From contig CAOKRJ010000004.1 of assembly GCA_948471115.1 (NCBI GenBank), positions 1 through 58,185 on the forward strand: DNA of 58,185 nucleotides, in the 5' to 3' direction. Each line of letters starts with the position of its first letter. Position 1 is the stretch's first letter. This document shows positions 30,509-41,915 of the stretch, in pieces. The notes beneath the pieces are model-generated. The model was given only the letters and a program-made list of their open reading frames with translations, did no database searches and was not told where the DNA came from. The stretch comes from an uncultured Clostridium sp. (GTDB taxonomy: Bacteria > Bacillota > Clostridia > TANB77 > CAG-508). The translations under genes and the position numbers were made by a program.

Positions 30509-31213
30509 TTATAATATTTCTTTTAATTCCATTAAATTTGTAATTTGATAATATGGACTAATATCTGTATCATTACTACTATTATTAGGGTTATACCAAA
30601 TTGCTTTTATATTAGCATTTTCAGCACCTTTTATGTCTTTTTCTAAACTATCTCCAATCATAATTACTTCATTTGATTTCATATTTATTTTATTTAACAA
30701 TACATTAAATATTTCTGGATTAGGTTTGCAACTATTGACTTCTTCAGATACAATAATATCAGAAATATATTTTGATATTTTACTATTTGTAATTCGTGGT
30801 TTTTGCAATTTAATTAAACCATTTGTAACTATATATAATTGATATTCTTTATGATATAGATATTTTATTATATCATATACATTTTCTATTAAAGCTACAG
30901 CGTTTGCTAGTCCATATTGAAAAAGTTCATTAGCTCTTTTATAGTCATTATATTCTAAATTTATTTGTTTAAAAAATTCTTGAAATCTATATTCTGGCAT
31001 GTCTTTTGGTAGAACAGGATTTGAATTTTGTATAACACTATTCCATAATTTTCTATCTAATGGTCTAAAAATATCTTGATATTCATTTTTATATTTCTTT
31101 CCTATTTTATTAAACAAATATACTAACGCTTCTTTTTCGCATTGTTTATGGTCTACTATTGTATCATCGGCATCAAAAAATATTGCCTTTATATTATCTA
31201 TCTTCATATTCAT
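30509..31213 (-). CDS. HAD hydrolase, YjjG-like nucleotidase
   Basis: FFDADDT, IVTNG, KPNPEIF, IGDSLEKDI. Confidence 0.87.
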   Translation of the reverse strand: MNMKIDNIKAIFFDADDTIVDHKQCEKEALVYLFNKIGKKYKNEYQDIFRPLDRKLWNSVIQNSNPVLPKDMPEYRFQEFFKQINLEYNDYKRANELFQYGLANAVALIENVYDIIKYLYHKEYQLYIVTNGLIKLQKPRITNSKISKYISDIIVSEEVNSCKPNPEIFNVLLNKINMKSNEVIMIGDSLEKDIKGAENANIKAIWYNPNNSSNDTDISPYYQITNLMELKEIL

Positions 31214-31599
31214 AACCCTTACATCTTATATTTTATGAGTCTAAACCACTATTGACGTACTTACATATTTTCGTGAATTTTAAGTAGTCTTATCAGTAAA
31301 TCATCTATTATAGATGTATTTTCATCTTGAGTAAGCATTGTTTTTCTTTTTTTATCTAATCCATTTATTATAGCTCCTAAATCATACTTATCTACTCTCA
31401 TTTTATTTTTTAATCTAGCCATTACTTCATCAACTGCATCATTTTATAGAATGATTATAGCATAAACTTTTATTAATTAAAATAGCTTTTTAGTATTATA
31501 TTTAGAAAGAAACTCCCAATATTTTATAACATATTCACTCTATATTTTGCACCTCACTTGTGTTATATATTCTTTCGTTCTATTAGTATCTTTATCCAT

Positions 31600-31712
31600 T
31601 GCTACAAAAAAATATCTTGTCCAACTACTGTACCATCATCTTTTATTCCAAAATATAGTTTTCCATGTGTATGCTTATTCAATATAGAAACAATTGATAC
31701 TATTAAATTTAT
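31600..31712 (-). pseudogene. AlbA_2/Schlafen-like domain fragment directly after pglZ
   Basis: RBS AGGAGA then IVSIVSILNKHTHGKLYFGIKDDGTVVGQ followed by a stop. Confidence 0.55.
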
Positions 31713-31744
31713 ACTTATATCTCTCCTTTTAATTGATATATTCC

Positions 31745-34312
31745 TTAAAATTCAAAGTTATTTATAATGGCAATATCTATAATAAATCTAATTCTTTGCT
31801 GTTCTATTCCTGTTTCTTCATCTATAATAACTAAGTAATGCTTCTTTTCTTTATTGTAATCTATATTCTTAAATACAAATTTTTCTCTGAAGAATCTATC
31901 TTTAACTTCAGTATTTGTATAATTTGCAACAATAGTACATTCATCAGAAACTCTATTACCATTTTCATCTTCAAAATGTAATAAGTATCTGCATTGAAGA
32001 TTATTTTCATCTACTTTATTATCTTGTAAAAATTCAAGATAAGTAATTGCATTAGTGATTTTAGTTGATAAGCCACTATAAGTTATTCCTACTTTTTTAC
32101 TCTCTTCAGATGTTCTAGTTGATTTGAAGTCTATTACAGGAATAATTATTTCTTGTGGTAAAATACCTCCATGTATATAATTTATTCCTCCACCTTGTCT
32201 TGAGAATACATTATGACCTTTAGGAATATTAACATATCCACTATTTTCTCCAAATATATAATCTAAATTGATAGAGATTATTCCCTCTTCTTCAGATTTT
32301 TTATCACTATATGAATATCTTATTTTTTGTTTTATAGCATTTGCATCTTTAGATGTTTTTTGATAATCTTCAACTTTTCCTCTTCTATAGAAGAATCCAT
32401 GATCTGTTGTAATATAGCAATTTACTCCACTGAAAGTAGTATGTAAGTCCTTAACTAATGTCTCAATTTGTTTTACTGCTTTTTCACATGCTTCAAATAC
32501 ATTATTTTCATCATGTTCTCCTGCATTATCAACAACATTATGATAAATATAAACAACTTTCTTTCCTGAGAATTCTTTTTTCCATTCTGATTTAGTCATT
32601 GAATATAATTCATCATATTGAATAGTTAATCCTTCAGGAACAACTTTTATTAATATCTTTTCTCTATTTTCTGTTCCAACAGAGCTCATACCATCAACAA
32701 ATATGATGCTATCACTACCTTTATTTTTATAGTTTGTATCTCTTGATAGTTTCTTATTAGGAAGTAATGATGCCATTCCTAATTGTGTGTATGATGGAAC
32801 TAATCCCAACATGGACTTTATTTCTGATTTAGTACCAAACACTTTTAATCTTTCATTTAATTCTTTAGCACATTCATATCTAAATGCATCTGAAATAATA
32901 ACTATTGTTCTTCCGTTTCTTGAACTTTCAGCTTGTGGTTTTATATATTTATCAAAGAACTTATTTTGCATTGTTAATTTATTTGCATCATATCTATTTA
33001 AGTTTTGTATTGTATCATTCCATTTTAATGATAATTCAAGCATATATGTATTTATATAATTTTTTTCTACTTTATTCTTTAAGTTCATAAAGTTATCTTT
33101 ATCGCTTATATTATCAAAGAAATAATACATTTTTCTATATAAGGTATCTACTAAATAAAGCTCATTAGTATATAATTCGACAAATTTTTCTATTTCGAAT
33201 GTTTTTATTAAAGTTTGAACTCTACTTATTACTTCGAAATATTTGCTAACAATTTTTAAGAAATTATACTCATTATAATATTTTTCATACCAATATTTAC
33301 TTTCTCTTAACATTATTAATTCATTATATTTTCCAAATTCATTTATGCTATTAAATAGTTGATTAATTATATGTAAAATAATATTATTATCTATTATACT
33401 AAAAGCATCTGCATTTTTATAATCTTCAATGTCTATCGTGCTTATTAGTTCTTCAATTCCAAACTCTTTTGATATATCATTTGATATTAATTCAAAATAT
33501 TTCCTTGTGGTTTTATCTCTCATTAAGTTATTTACAAACACTTGGCTATTTGTTACTCTATTTGATAATAAATATTTGCCATATCTATTTAATTTGTTTA
33601 AGTTTGAAATGCTTGCAATAAAATATGTAAATACTAATGATTTAAATACATTTTCCATATCTTCAGAAGATGTCATTTTGCTACCAAAGTAATTATTTAT
33701 TAAATTTAATATAAATTCTTCATTTCCAAACTTGAATAATGTCTCATACTTCTTTTTATCATCATAATATATCTTAATAATATTCTTTATAATATCATCA
33801 ATATTTATTGATTTTATACCTAAAAGTATTGCAGTAATAATGTAATCGATATTATCTATATTCTTTTCTTCAATATCAAATTCTTTGAAATCATTTTCTC
33901 TTGTTTTGTTATTAAAGAATCTATTATATTTCTTTATTACTCCTCTACAATTATCATCTAATCCAAGATTCTTTAATCTAATAGTTGTTGAATCAGGATT
34001 GAATAGTAAATCAGAATTAGCAGTTTCAATATCAAGTAATTCATTATTTATACCTTTTTGTTTTTCAAAAGGAAGATATATAACTATATTTTTATTTACT
34101 TCTTCTTTTTCTATATGATACCTAATCCATAAACTATTATTATCATATTTTATAATTTCAGTATCTTCTAGTTCTAATTCATCTAATAATTCTTCATAGT
34201 CTTTCTTTGCATCATACCAAAATATGATTTTTCTTTTTCTACTTTTCTCAGTTGTGCTTGAAAAACTTGAAGTTAGCATTGAAATTAATAATTGTTTTAC
34301 TTCTTCAAACAT
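31745..34312 (-). CDS. pglZ: BREX PglZ alkaline-phosphatase-domain protein
   Basis: RKIIFWYD, IISDAFRYE, PSYTQLGMASLLP, TTDHGF, YIHGG. Confidence 0.93.
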   Translation of the reverse strand: MFEEVKQLLISMLTSSFSSTTEKSRKRKIIFWYDAKKDYEELLDELELEDTEIIKYDNNSLWIRYHIEKEEVNKNIVIYLPFEKQKGINNELLDIETANSDLLFNPDSTTIRLKNLGLDDNCRGVIKKYNRFFNNKTRENDFKEFDIEEKNIDNIDYIITAILLGIKSINIDDIIKNIIKIYYDDKKKYETLFKFGNEEFILNLINNYFGSKMTSSEDMENVFKSLVFTYFIASISNLNKLNRYGKYLLSNRVTNSQVFVNNLMRDKTTRKYFELISNDISKEFGIEELISTIDIEDYKNADAFSIIDNNIILHIINQLFNSINEFGKYNELIMLRESKYWYEKYYNEYNFLKIVSKYFEVISRVQTLIKTFEIEKFVELYTNELYLVDTLYRKMYYFFDNISDKDNFMNLKNKVEKNYINTYMLELSLKWNDTIQNLNRYDANKLTMQNKFFDKYIKPQAESSRNGRTIVIISDAFRYECAKELNERLKVFGTKSEIKSMLGLVPSYTQLGMASLLPNKKLSRDTNYKNKGSDSIIFVDGMSSVGTENREKILIKVVPEGLTIQYDELYSMTKSEWKKEFSGKKVVYIYHNVVDNAGEHDENNVFEACEKAVKQIETLVKDLHTTFSGVNCYITTDHGFFYRRGKVEDYQKTSKDANAIKQKIRYSYSDKKSEEEGIISINLDYIFGENSGYVNIPKGHNVFSRQGGGINYIHGGILPQEIIIPVIDFKSTRTSEESKKVGITYSGLSTKITNAITYLEFLQDNKVDENNLQCRYLLHFEDENGNRVSDECTIVANYTNTEVKDRFFREKFVFKNIDYNKEKKHYLVIIDEETGIEQQRIRFIIDIAIINNFEF

Positions 34313-34324
34313 ACTATTCTCTCC

Positions 34325-37300
34325 CTATTTTATTTTTGCCAATATACTTTCATCTTTTCCTGTTTTTGGATTTTTAACACTAAACTTTGCATAATTAACA
34401 CTAACACCGTCATCTAAATTAATTTTAATTTTTTGATCTGCAATATGAGCTATTTTTTCATCATACTCGTTTGTTTCTTGTAATTTCGCACTTATATCTG
34501 ATTGTTTTTTAGATAATTCTCTTTTATTTAACAAATCCATTTCATCATTTAATTTGTTTGCAATTTCTTTTAATTCTTTTTCATAAGCATTTTGCATTCT
34601 ATGTAAATAATCCAATCTAATTTTTGAAACTACACCTTCATTATATCTATGCATATATATTAAGCACTTAAATCCATTCTTTTTACCACTATCAAACAAC
34701 CAATAAATTGGTCTTTTTTGATACATTTTAACATGGTCATTGTAAAAATCATTTACAAAATATCTTCTAATAGTTCCTTCACTATTTTCTCCATTTCTTT
34801 TGCCTAAAGTTTCTGCAATAAACTCAAGATTTTCGTACAATGTTTCTTTTCCATAAACAATTTCTACAAATTTCTTGAATTTTGTAACAATGTCATCTCC
34901 AAAATAGTTATCCTCAGTTAAAGTAATAATATTATCTAGCTCTACTTCATAAGATTTATATCTATTTTTATTAAACTCTCCGCCTGCATATATTAAACCT
35001 TCCTCATCTAATGAATATCTACCAAATATACAGCCAACAGCAAAATTAATTAATGATTTTATATCTCTTAATCTTTCTGCTTTTTTTATAGTAATATCTT
35101 TATCATCTATCTTGTTTGATAACTTTGCTAATTTATATATTTTTGCAAACTTATTATTTAATATTTCTTCGTTATTTTTTAATAACTTAAATCTTTCATT
35201 GCATTTCTCTTCCCAAATTTCATAACAAGATTTTATATTACGACTAGTTTTTTCACTGTCCTTATCACTTATATTTTTTATTAATGGATGTATCTTAAAA
35301 TCCCAACTTGTTTCAAATGAATCCCAATCATTTTTTGATATTTCAATGCATTGTTTGACTATCTCTTCAATTATTTTTTTCTCTTCCAAATCACTTGGCA
35401 TAAGTATTGGAAACGCTTTTACATCTTTATTTTGCAAATTAATAGTTGGATTTACCATTTTAAAAAAATCATCTGCAATCTTACTATTTAACAATCCTAA
35501 ACAATAATATAAATCTTTTACTTCTATTATTGAAGGACCTCCCATATCAAAAACACCTAGTGCAGGTAAATATCTAAAGCTTGAACCTTTACTTGTTATT
35601 TTGGTAAAAGTAATTCCCTCCTTATACCAATAATGTTCATCTATTAAATTAGATGTATTATTATTTTTATAAAATTTTATAGCCTCTGGTGACCAATCAA
35701 CAACATATTCTAAATTACCATAATATTTTCTATATTCTCCACCTTTAGCATAATATATCCACTTTTTATTTTTACCAAACTTTGTATTGTCAATCTCCCA
35801 ATAAAATCTTAAATATTTATCATTATCAGCAGTTTTATGTTGCCCTCCTGTAAAGTCACTAATTTCATCTATTGAAAAACCTATTTTTATGTTTTCAATC
35901 ATTTGACTATCTATCCAATATGCAAGAGGATAACCTGATATTTTTAGAATATCTTTTTGATTTATCTTATATCTATTTTTTACATTAAAAAATTCGTCTT
36001 TTTTTTCGTTTCTTCTTGAATAGCAAAATTCAGAAAGCTTTATTGCAACAAAATCATCCATTTTTTTATTTTTCTTCATAGTCCATGATACAATTGGATT
36101 ATGTCCAACTTTTCCGTCAAATAATTCAGTTCCAAAATCAACTAATGATGTTATTGATATATTTTCTAGAATATATTTTCTTATCTTGTCAAAATTTTTT
36201 AAATACATCCAAGAGGTTGTTGTTACAAAAGAAATTAAACCATTTTCTTTGCAAAAATCTTTTATTGTTTTTTCTAATACTGCCATTGACAAATCAGCTT
36301 TAGAAATTTCATAGTATTTGCACATGTAATCATTCAATTTAGTACTAAATCTTGATGAGTTTAAATATGGTGGATTAGTTACAATTACATCAAATTTTTT
36401 ATTTAATATTTTATCTTGTTTGATTATTGGAATAAGTTTATTACTTATATTAAATGTGAAAATATTTTCACTATTTTCCAGCTCGTTTATTAGTTCATCA
36501 TATTTTCTAAATGATGTTTTTAAAAGAGAGCCATATTCTTTTGCATCTGTATAGCATTCAAGTAATTCTGTTGCCATATTTTTATTTTTATCTGATATAA
36601 AATTTAATTCGTTATTAGTAAAATTATTACTTTCTTTTATATCATAAACATTTAACATTAAATTTTTAGTAAATAATTTTCTGTCATATTCTCTTGCTTT
36701 CAATAATAATGCCAATATTGATAATTGTGTTGCTCTTTCATCTATTTCTAATCCATAAATATTTTTATTAAGTATAATAGAAGGAATTTCTTCCTTTTTA
36801 TATCCTAATTTATCGTAGTACTTATAAAAAACTTCAAAAGCATATACTAGTATATGTCCACTCCCACAACATGGATCTAAAAAAGTTATATTCTCAATTT
36901 TATCATTTTCTTTTTCATTTTCAAGAGATAAACTATAATCAAATTCATCTTCTATATCTCCAAATTCACTTTCCAATTTCAAAGCAAGTGTGTTTTCTAT
37001 CATATATTTAACTACCCAATCTGGTGTAAATATTTGTGTTGCAGCAGGTACTAATTCTTTTGGTATTCTACTTTTGGACATATTGCCATCATAAACAAGA
37101 TTATTATTGTCAGTATTATAAAATTGATATAACCATCCTATTATTTCTACTTTTTCAAAATTTTCTTTAGATATTTGTTCTAATAATTTTGTAACATATC
37201 CAGATTCATTTAACAAATTATTTGGAATTAATATATCAATATAATCAGTTATTCCTTCAAATACTTGCGGTATAACTCTTCCTAATTTTTTGCAAACTAA

Positions 37301-37783
37301 TAATAAAATATATTCAAATCTCTTATTAGTATCTTGTATAGAACCATAATACTCTTTATTTAAATCTATATCTAAATCAGGATTAATAAGATTAGATATT
37401 TTCATAATTTCAGGATCAGGAATATTATCCTTTGAAGATAATACTCTTACTCCTAACGATTGATTATCTTTAGTTAACGGAAGATAATCGTGTATTTCCA
37501 TATATCTAATTGCAATAATTCTATTGAACCAAGTATATGCTGCTTCTTCTATAACTTGTTCCAACGATATTTCTTTTATTCGTTTTATTAAAAGCTGTCT
37601 ATTTTTATATTCATTTTTAGTAAGTCGTAAAGTATGTTTATCATTAACTAGAACATATACTTCCCCATTTTGATTAATATTAAATTCTTCATCAATAAAG
37701 AATTTTTTTATTTTATTTGATACTTTCTCCATTAACTCTTGTCTTGATTCTATTGCAAATTTTTTTAATACATTCTTATCCAT
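34325..37783 (-). CDS. pglX: BREX adenine methyltransferase PglX (BrxX)
   Basis: AYTWFNR, PAATQIFTPDWVVKYM, DPCCGSGH, TNPPY, KGGEYRKYYGN, YQKRPIYW, LDDGVSVNY. Confidence 0.94.
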   Translation of the reverse strand: MDKNVLKKFAIESRQELMEKVSNKIKKFFIDEEFNINQNGEVYVLVNDKHTLRLTKNEYKNRQLLIKRIKEISLEQVIEEAAYTWFNRIIAIRYMEIHDYLPLTKDNQSLGVRVLSSKDNIPDPEIMKISNLINPDLDIDLNKEYYGSIQDTNKRFEYILLLVCKKLGRVIPQVFEGITDYIDILIPNNLLNESGYVTKLLEQISKENFEKVEIIGWLYQFYNTDNNNLVYDGNMSKSRIPKELVPAATQIFTPDWVVKYMIENTLALKLESEFGDIEDEFDYSLSLENEKENDKIENITFLDPCCGSGHILVYAFEVFYKYYDKLGYKKEEIPSIILNKNIYGLEIDERATQLSILALLLKAREYDRKLFTKNLMLNVYDIKESNNFTNNELNFISDKNKNMATELLECYTDAKEYGSLLKTSFRKYDELINELENSENIFTFNISNKLIPIIKQDKILNKKFDVIVTNPPYLNSSRFSTKLNDYMCKYYEISKADLSMAVLEKTIKDFCKENGLISFVTTTSWMYLKNFDKIRKYILENISITSLVDFGTELFDGKVGHNPIVSWTMKKNKKMDDFVAIKLSEFCYSRRNEKKDEFFNVKNRYKINQKDILKISGYPLAYWIDSQMIENIKIGFSIDEISDFTGGQHKTADNDKYLRFYWEIDNTKFGKNKKWIYYAKGGEYRKYYGNLEYVVDWSPEAIKFYKNNNTSNLIDEHYWYKEGITFTKITSKGSSFRYLPALGVFDMGGPSIIEVKDLYYCLGLLNSKIADDFFKMVNPTINLQNKDVKAFPILMPSDLEEKKIIEEIVKQCIEISKNDWDSFETSWDFKIHPLIKNISDKDSEKTSRNIKSCYEIWEEKCNERFKLLKNNEEILNNKFAKIYKLAKLSNKIDDKDITIKKAERLRDIKSLINFAVGCIFGRYSLDEEGLIYAGGEFNKNRYKSYEVELDNIITLTEDNYFGDDIVTKFKKFVEIVYGKETLYENLEFIAETLGKRNGENSEGTIRRYFVNDFYNDHVKMYQKRPIYWLFDSGKKNGFKCLIYMHRYNEGVVSKIRLDYLHRMQNAYEKELKEIANKLNDEMDLLNKRELSKKQSDISAKLQETNEYDEKIAHIADQKIKINLDDGVSVNYAKFSVKNPKTGKDESILAKIK

Positions 37784-37796
37784 ATTTGTTTCCTCA

Positions 37797-40700
37797 CTAT
37801 TTAATTGTTAAATTGCTATTTTCCTCTAATTCCTTTATCAATTTATTTCTTAATTCTTCTATATATTTATCAATATCTTCTTTTGAATTAATTTCATAAG
37901 AATGATTCATTAATATATCAGTTCTTACAATTTTTCTTGTTTTTATAATAATAGGTTGATTTACCTTACTATTATCAACTTCTGTTTTACTCATTTCATA
38001 TTTCTTTTTATCTAATGTAATAATAAATGAGTCTTTCATTTGCCCTAATCTTGCTTCTTGTGCATATATATCCTTTAATTCATTTGAATGTTGTAAAGAG
38101 TCTATTATTCCTTTACAATTTTGTATATATGCTTTGCCAAAATCATCTGAATTAATACCTGCACTATTTAATTCATTTTGAATGTACTCTATTGTTTTTT
38201 CTGCCATTTCTATAATAGGTGCAGATTTTACTTCATACATATTTACAAGAATATCTATAAGTTCAGATCTTAATGTAGGTAATTCATGAATTCTACTATA
38301 TGGTTCTTCTGCTTTTAATATCTCAAATATTTTTTCAACTACATCTTGTAATTCTTGTGTATTATCTACATAGTCTCTATTATTTTCATAATTAATGATT
38401 GTATCTCTAATTTTATCAAATTGTTCTTTTTGACTACCTTTGAAGAATTCAGATATTGTATCTATTTTAGTTGTAATCTTAGCAATTTCTTCTTTTTTGC
38501 TTGATACTTTCTCAAATACTTCTGATACATCTCTTATGCTTGCAATGCTATTAAATAATTTTAATGAATCTTCTATTACTTGTTTTCCTGGATATTGATA
38601 TACTTTTATATTATTATAATATCCTAAAATATCTTTTAATTTCTCAATAGTATGACTGATACATCTTTCTTTGAAATCTCTAATCATACCATCTTCATCT
38701 TCACTTAAACTAATTTCATTAAAGGAATTTCTAGCAACTGATTTCAAATCATTTATATATTTAACATCAATCTTCTTTCTCATCTTTATTAAAGTTCTTT
38801 CATAGTATTCTCTTTTTAATATTTTATTTAATGTTTCATCTGAAATTGCATTTTGTATCTCTCCACTATAATATAAAGTTACTACTTCATTTTTTAATAA
38901 TCTTGCTAATATGTATAAAATGTCATCATCTAGAAATCCATAAGGTGCAGCACTAAAGTCTTGTAATAATGTTCTTATTGTTATATTTTGACAAAATGCA
39001 TTTTTTTCTTCTATATAGTCTTGCATTGTCTCGTATGCTTTTTGATTTAAGAATTCTACGTCATTATCTAAAGTTATTTGTTTATTCACATTCCATAATT
39101 CTCTTATGTCTTGAGTTGTATAATTCTTTTTGATATAAGAAAATTTAGTATAAATATTGTTTATTAAAATTTCAAGTGCCTCATTAATTCTAGCTTTTGC
39201 ATCTTTAGAAGTAATATTTTGTTTATCTCCTGCAATTATAATTTCTGACTCATTTAATTGCTCTCTTACATTTTCTTTAATCCTTACTTCTGCTGTCTCA
39301 ACCTCTATTTGTTTTGCTCTTAATATACTTTCAACTTGATTTGTTTGTAATGATGTACTTTTACTTCTTCTATAATCAGCTACTTGAAGACAGTTTTCGA
39401 TTTCATTATTTATTAGAGTTGATAATTCAAGTTTTACATATACATATTTGTTTTCCATTCCTGATTGTAGAATTATATTTGTATCATCTTTTCCTACTGA
39501 AGTAGTAACAACTTTTATTCCAATTTCATATTCTTGTGAGCATTTCATATTGTCAACATACTTTGTTAATGGAAAATTTTTATTTTTATATGTGAACTTA
39601 TTATCAGTATAAGTATAACCATAAATTATTTTATTTAAGTAATCTGTTATTCTATTTCGATCTATTACTATTTGTTTAATTTCTCTATTTATTTCTTGTT
39701 CTTCATCAGTTAAAAATTTATACTCATCATTATTTCTTTGAATTAAAGTTTGATTTTCTAATCTTCTCAATGAATCAGTTATTTCTCTCTTAATAGAAAT
39801 TTTATCATCATTTATATTAGAAACGTATAAAGTAGCTAAATTATCTACATTGGCAGGTATTTCTTTTATGTTTTTTAACATAAATAACATTTTCAATATC
39901 TTTACATCAACTTCTTGTAATTCATTTGCTTTTACTGCATCTTGTGCTGTTGAAATTACATTTTTAACTTGATGTTCTAAAAATTCTTCAATGGTATCAT
40001 AAAAAGCATAGAAAGGTATTAATGTTCCTACCTCATAATCACTATAACTTTTTGCAGTTCCTTGAAAAGCCCCAATTAAAGAACGCTCTCCACTTGATAA
40101 ATGCTTTCCTGCATATCCATGTTTTCTAATATCAGTAAATACATTTTGTAGTAATCTAAATTGATATGGTATAAATGGATATGTTTGTGCAAAATCAACT
40201 CTATCTATATAAAATTTTTGATATGCACCTGCTTTGAATGATAATAGATTCTTTATTATTGATTCATCTTTATCAAAAATTAGCTCTAAACTTTCTTTAT
40301 ATTCTTCTTTTTTAGATAATATTCTTTTCTTAATAACTTCTTCTATATCAGAAGATGATAAACTTAATTTTGTATCAAATCTACCTTGTATTTTTGAGAA
40401 ATTGTTTCCTATAACTTTTATAACATCATCTATTGCCTCTTGTGATGTAACAATAACCCATGCTTTACCACCACATTCTATTCCCAAATCTTCAACTATT
40501 GTTTGTAGATTAAGCATTAAACTTCCATCTTCTCCAATATACTGTCCAATTTCATCTACTAAAAATACAACATGATGATTATCGCCTTTTGATTTTATAT
40601 AGTCTCTTACTCTTTCAGCAAATTTTTCTATTGATAAGTCATATCTTTCTTCTGCTTTATCAAACCAATTCTCTGCCTCTTCTTTTGATTTATTTAATGC

Positions 40701-41333
40701 TTTAGAATAACTATTTACTATTTCATCTCTTCTAAAATAGAAATCATTTCTAGCAACTAACCAACTTTCTCCACATTCTTCTTCAAAATGATTCTTAAAT
40801 TCTTCATATTTGCCTTCTTTAATCAAAAATCTTTCAAGTTCTGCAACATGTGGTATAATTGATAATCCCATTTTTTCGTTAAATACTTTTTCAAATACTG
40901 CTAATATTTTATCTTTACCATAAACTGAGTCTAATGATGCTTTAGAATCAATATTAAATAGAATTACATCAGTTGATATATTTCCTGCTCTTTTAATAGT
41001 ATCTAATAATTTTATATTTTCAATTTTTCCATCAAAATATTCAACTGCTGCTTTACTATCAACAATTTTATTTTCTAATAAATAAGATACTATTTTTAAA
41101 AAATGTGATTTTCCACTACCAAAGAAACCTGAAATCCATACTCCCATTTTTTCAGTATTTCCATTGATTCCTACATTATAGCCTTCAAAAAAATTATTGA
41201 AGTGTTTTAATAATTCATCAGTTACAACATATTCTTCTAATTCTTGTTTTATATAGTTTTCATCATCAACCTTAATTACTCCCTGAATTTCTCTTACAAT
41301 ATCTTTCTCATATATTTCTTTTAAACTCCCCAT
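37797..41333 (-). CDS. brxC: BREX P-loop ATPase BrxC
   Basis: ELEEYVVT, WISGFFGSGKSHFLK, LVDEIGQY, VTSQE, KIQGRF, YPFIPYQ. Confidence 0.94.
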   Translation of the reverse strand: MGSLKEIYEKDIVREIQGVIKVDDENYIKQELEEYVVTDELLKHFNNFFEGYNVGINGNTEKMGVWISGFFGSGKSHFLKIVSYLLENKIVDSKAAVEYFDGKIENIKLLDTIKRAGNISTDVILFNIDSKASLDSVYGKDKILAVFEKVFNEKMGLSIIPHVAELERFLIKEGKYEEFKNHFEEECGESWLVARNDFYFRRDEIVNSYSKALNKSKEEAENWFDKAEERYDLSIEKFAERVRDYIKSKGDNHHVVFLVDEIGQYIGEDGSLMLNLQTIVEDLGIECGGKAWVIVTSQEAIDDVIKVIGNNFSKIQGRFDTKLSLSSSDIEEVIKKRILSKKEEYKESLELIFDKDESIIKNLLSFKAGAYQKFYIDRVDFAQTYPFIPYQFRLLQNVFTDIRKHGYAGKHLSSGERSLIGAFQGTAKSYSDYEVGTLIPFYAFYDTIEEFLEHQVKNVISTAQDAVKANELQEVDVKILKMLFMLKNIKEIPANVDNLATLYVSNINDDKISIKREITDSLRRLENQTLIQRNNDEYKFLTDEEQEINREIKQIVIDRNRITDYLNKIIYGYTYTDNKFTYKNKNFPLTKYVDNMKCSQEYEIGIKVVTTSVGKDDTNIILQSGMENKYVYVKLELSTLINNEIENCLQVADYRRSKSTSLQTNQVESILRAKQIEVETAEVRIKENVREQLNESEIIIAGDKQNITSKDAKARINEALEILINNIYTKFSYIKKNYTTQDIRELWNVNKQITLDNDVEFLNQKAYETMQDYIEEKNAFCQNITIRTLLQDFSAAPYGFLDDDILYILARLLKNEVVTLYYSGEIQNAISDETLNKILKREYYERTLIKMRKKIDVKYINDLKSVARNSFNEISLSEDEDGMIRDFKERCISHTIEKLKDILGYYNNIKVYQYPGKQVIEDSLKLFNSIASIRDVSEVFEKVSSKKEEIAKITTKIDTISEFFKGSQKEQFDKIRDTIINYENNRDYVDNTQELQDVVEKIFEILKAEEPYSRIHELPTLRSELIDILVNMYEVKSAPIIEMAEKTIEYIQNELNSAGINSDDFGKAYIQNCKGIIDSLQHSNELKDIYAQEARLGQMKDSFIITLDKKKYEMSKTEVDNSKVNQPIIIKTRKIVRTDILMNHSYEINSKEDIDKYIEELRNKLIKELEENSNLTIK

Positions 41334-41345
41334 TTTATTCTCCTT

Positions 41346-41915
41346 CTACTTTCTACTTACTAACTGAAATGCTCTATAATAATTATCATTATCTAATATT
41401 TTGAATAGTTTGAAACTCTGTCCATCATATATTCCTGGATATAACATTATAACAGGATTATTTGTTATAACACTATGTAAGTTGTTCAGAATTGTATGTC
41501 CTCTCACTATACCATAACATTTTCCCAATCCTGTTATTAAAATTATTTTATTTTCTTCAAGACGCTCTCTTATATATTTAACTAATAAATCACTATTTGA
41601 ACTTATTGCTAATGTTTTTTGTATAACAGAATTAACATATTTAGTACCCTTTTGCTTTTCATATTCAAATGTTTTCCCTAAAAATCCTTTTTCTCTTAAT
41701 ATTTTAATAATTATATCATAAATATCAAATACTATAATATTTTTATTTCTTTTTACTAAATAATTATATAAATAATCTCTAACAATATATTCATCTTCTG
41801 GATCATAATCAAAAACTCTAAAATTTATTTCATTTCCCAAGCTAGATGTCTCTAAAATATTTTTAGAGTTTATTTTTTCGGTCATTTCTTGTAATCTATC
41901 ATTTATATTTCTCAT
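41346..41915 (-). CDS. brxB: BREX BrxB (DUF1788)
   Basis: GNEINFRVFDYDPEDE, H.ILNNLH, YPG.YDG, NYYRAF. Confidence 0.9.
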   Translation of the reverse strand: MRNINDRLQEMTEKINSKNILETSSLGNEINFRVFDYDPEDEYIVRDYLYNYLVKRNKNIIVFDIYDIIIKILREKGFLGKTFEYEKQKGTKYVNSVIQKTLAISSNSDLLVKYIRERLEENKIILITGLGKCYGIVRGHTILNNLHSVITNNPVIMLYPGIYDGQSFKLFKILDNDNYYRAFQLVSRK

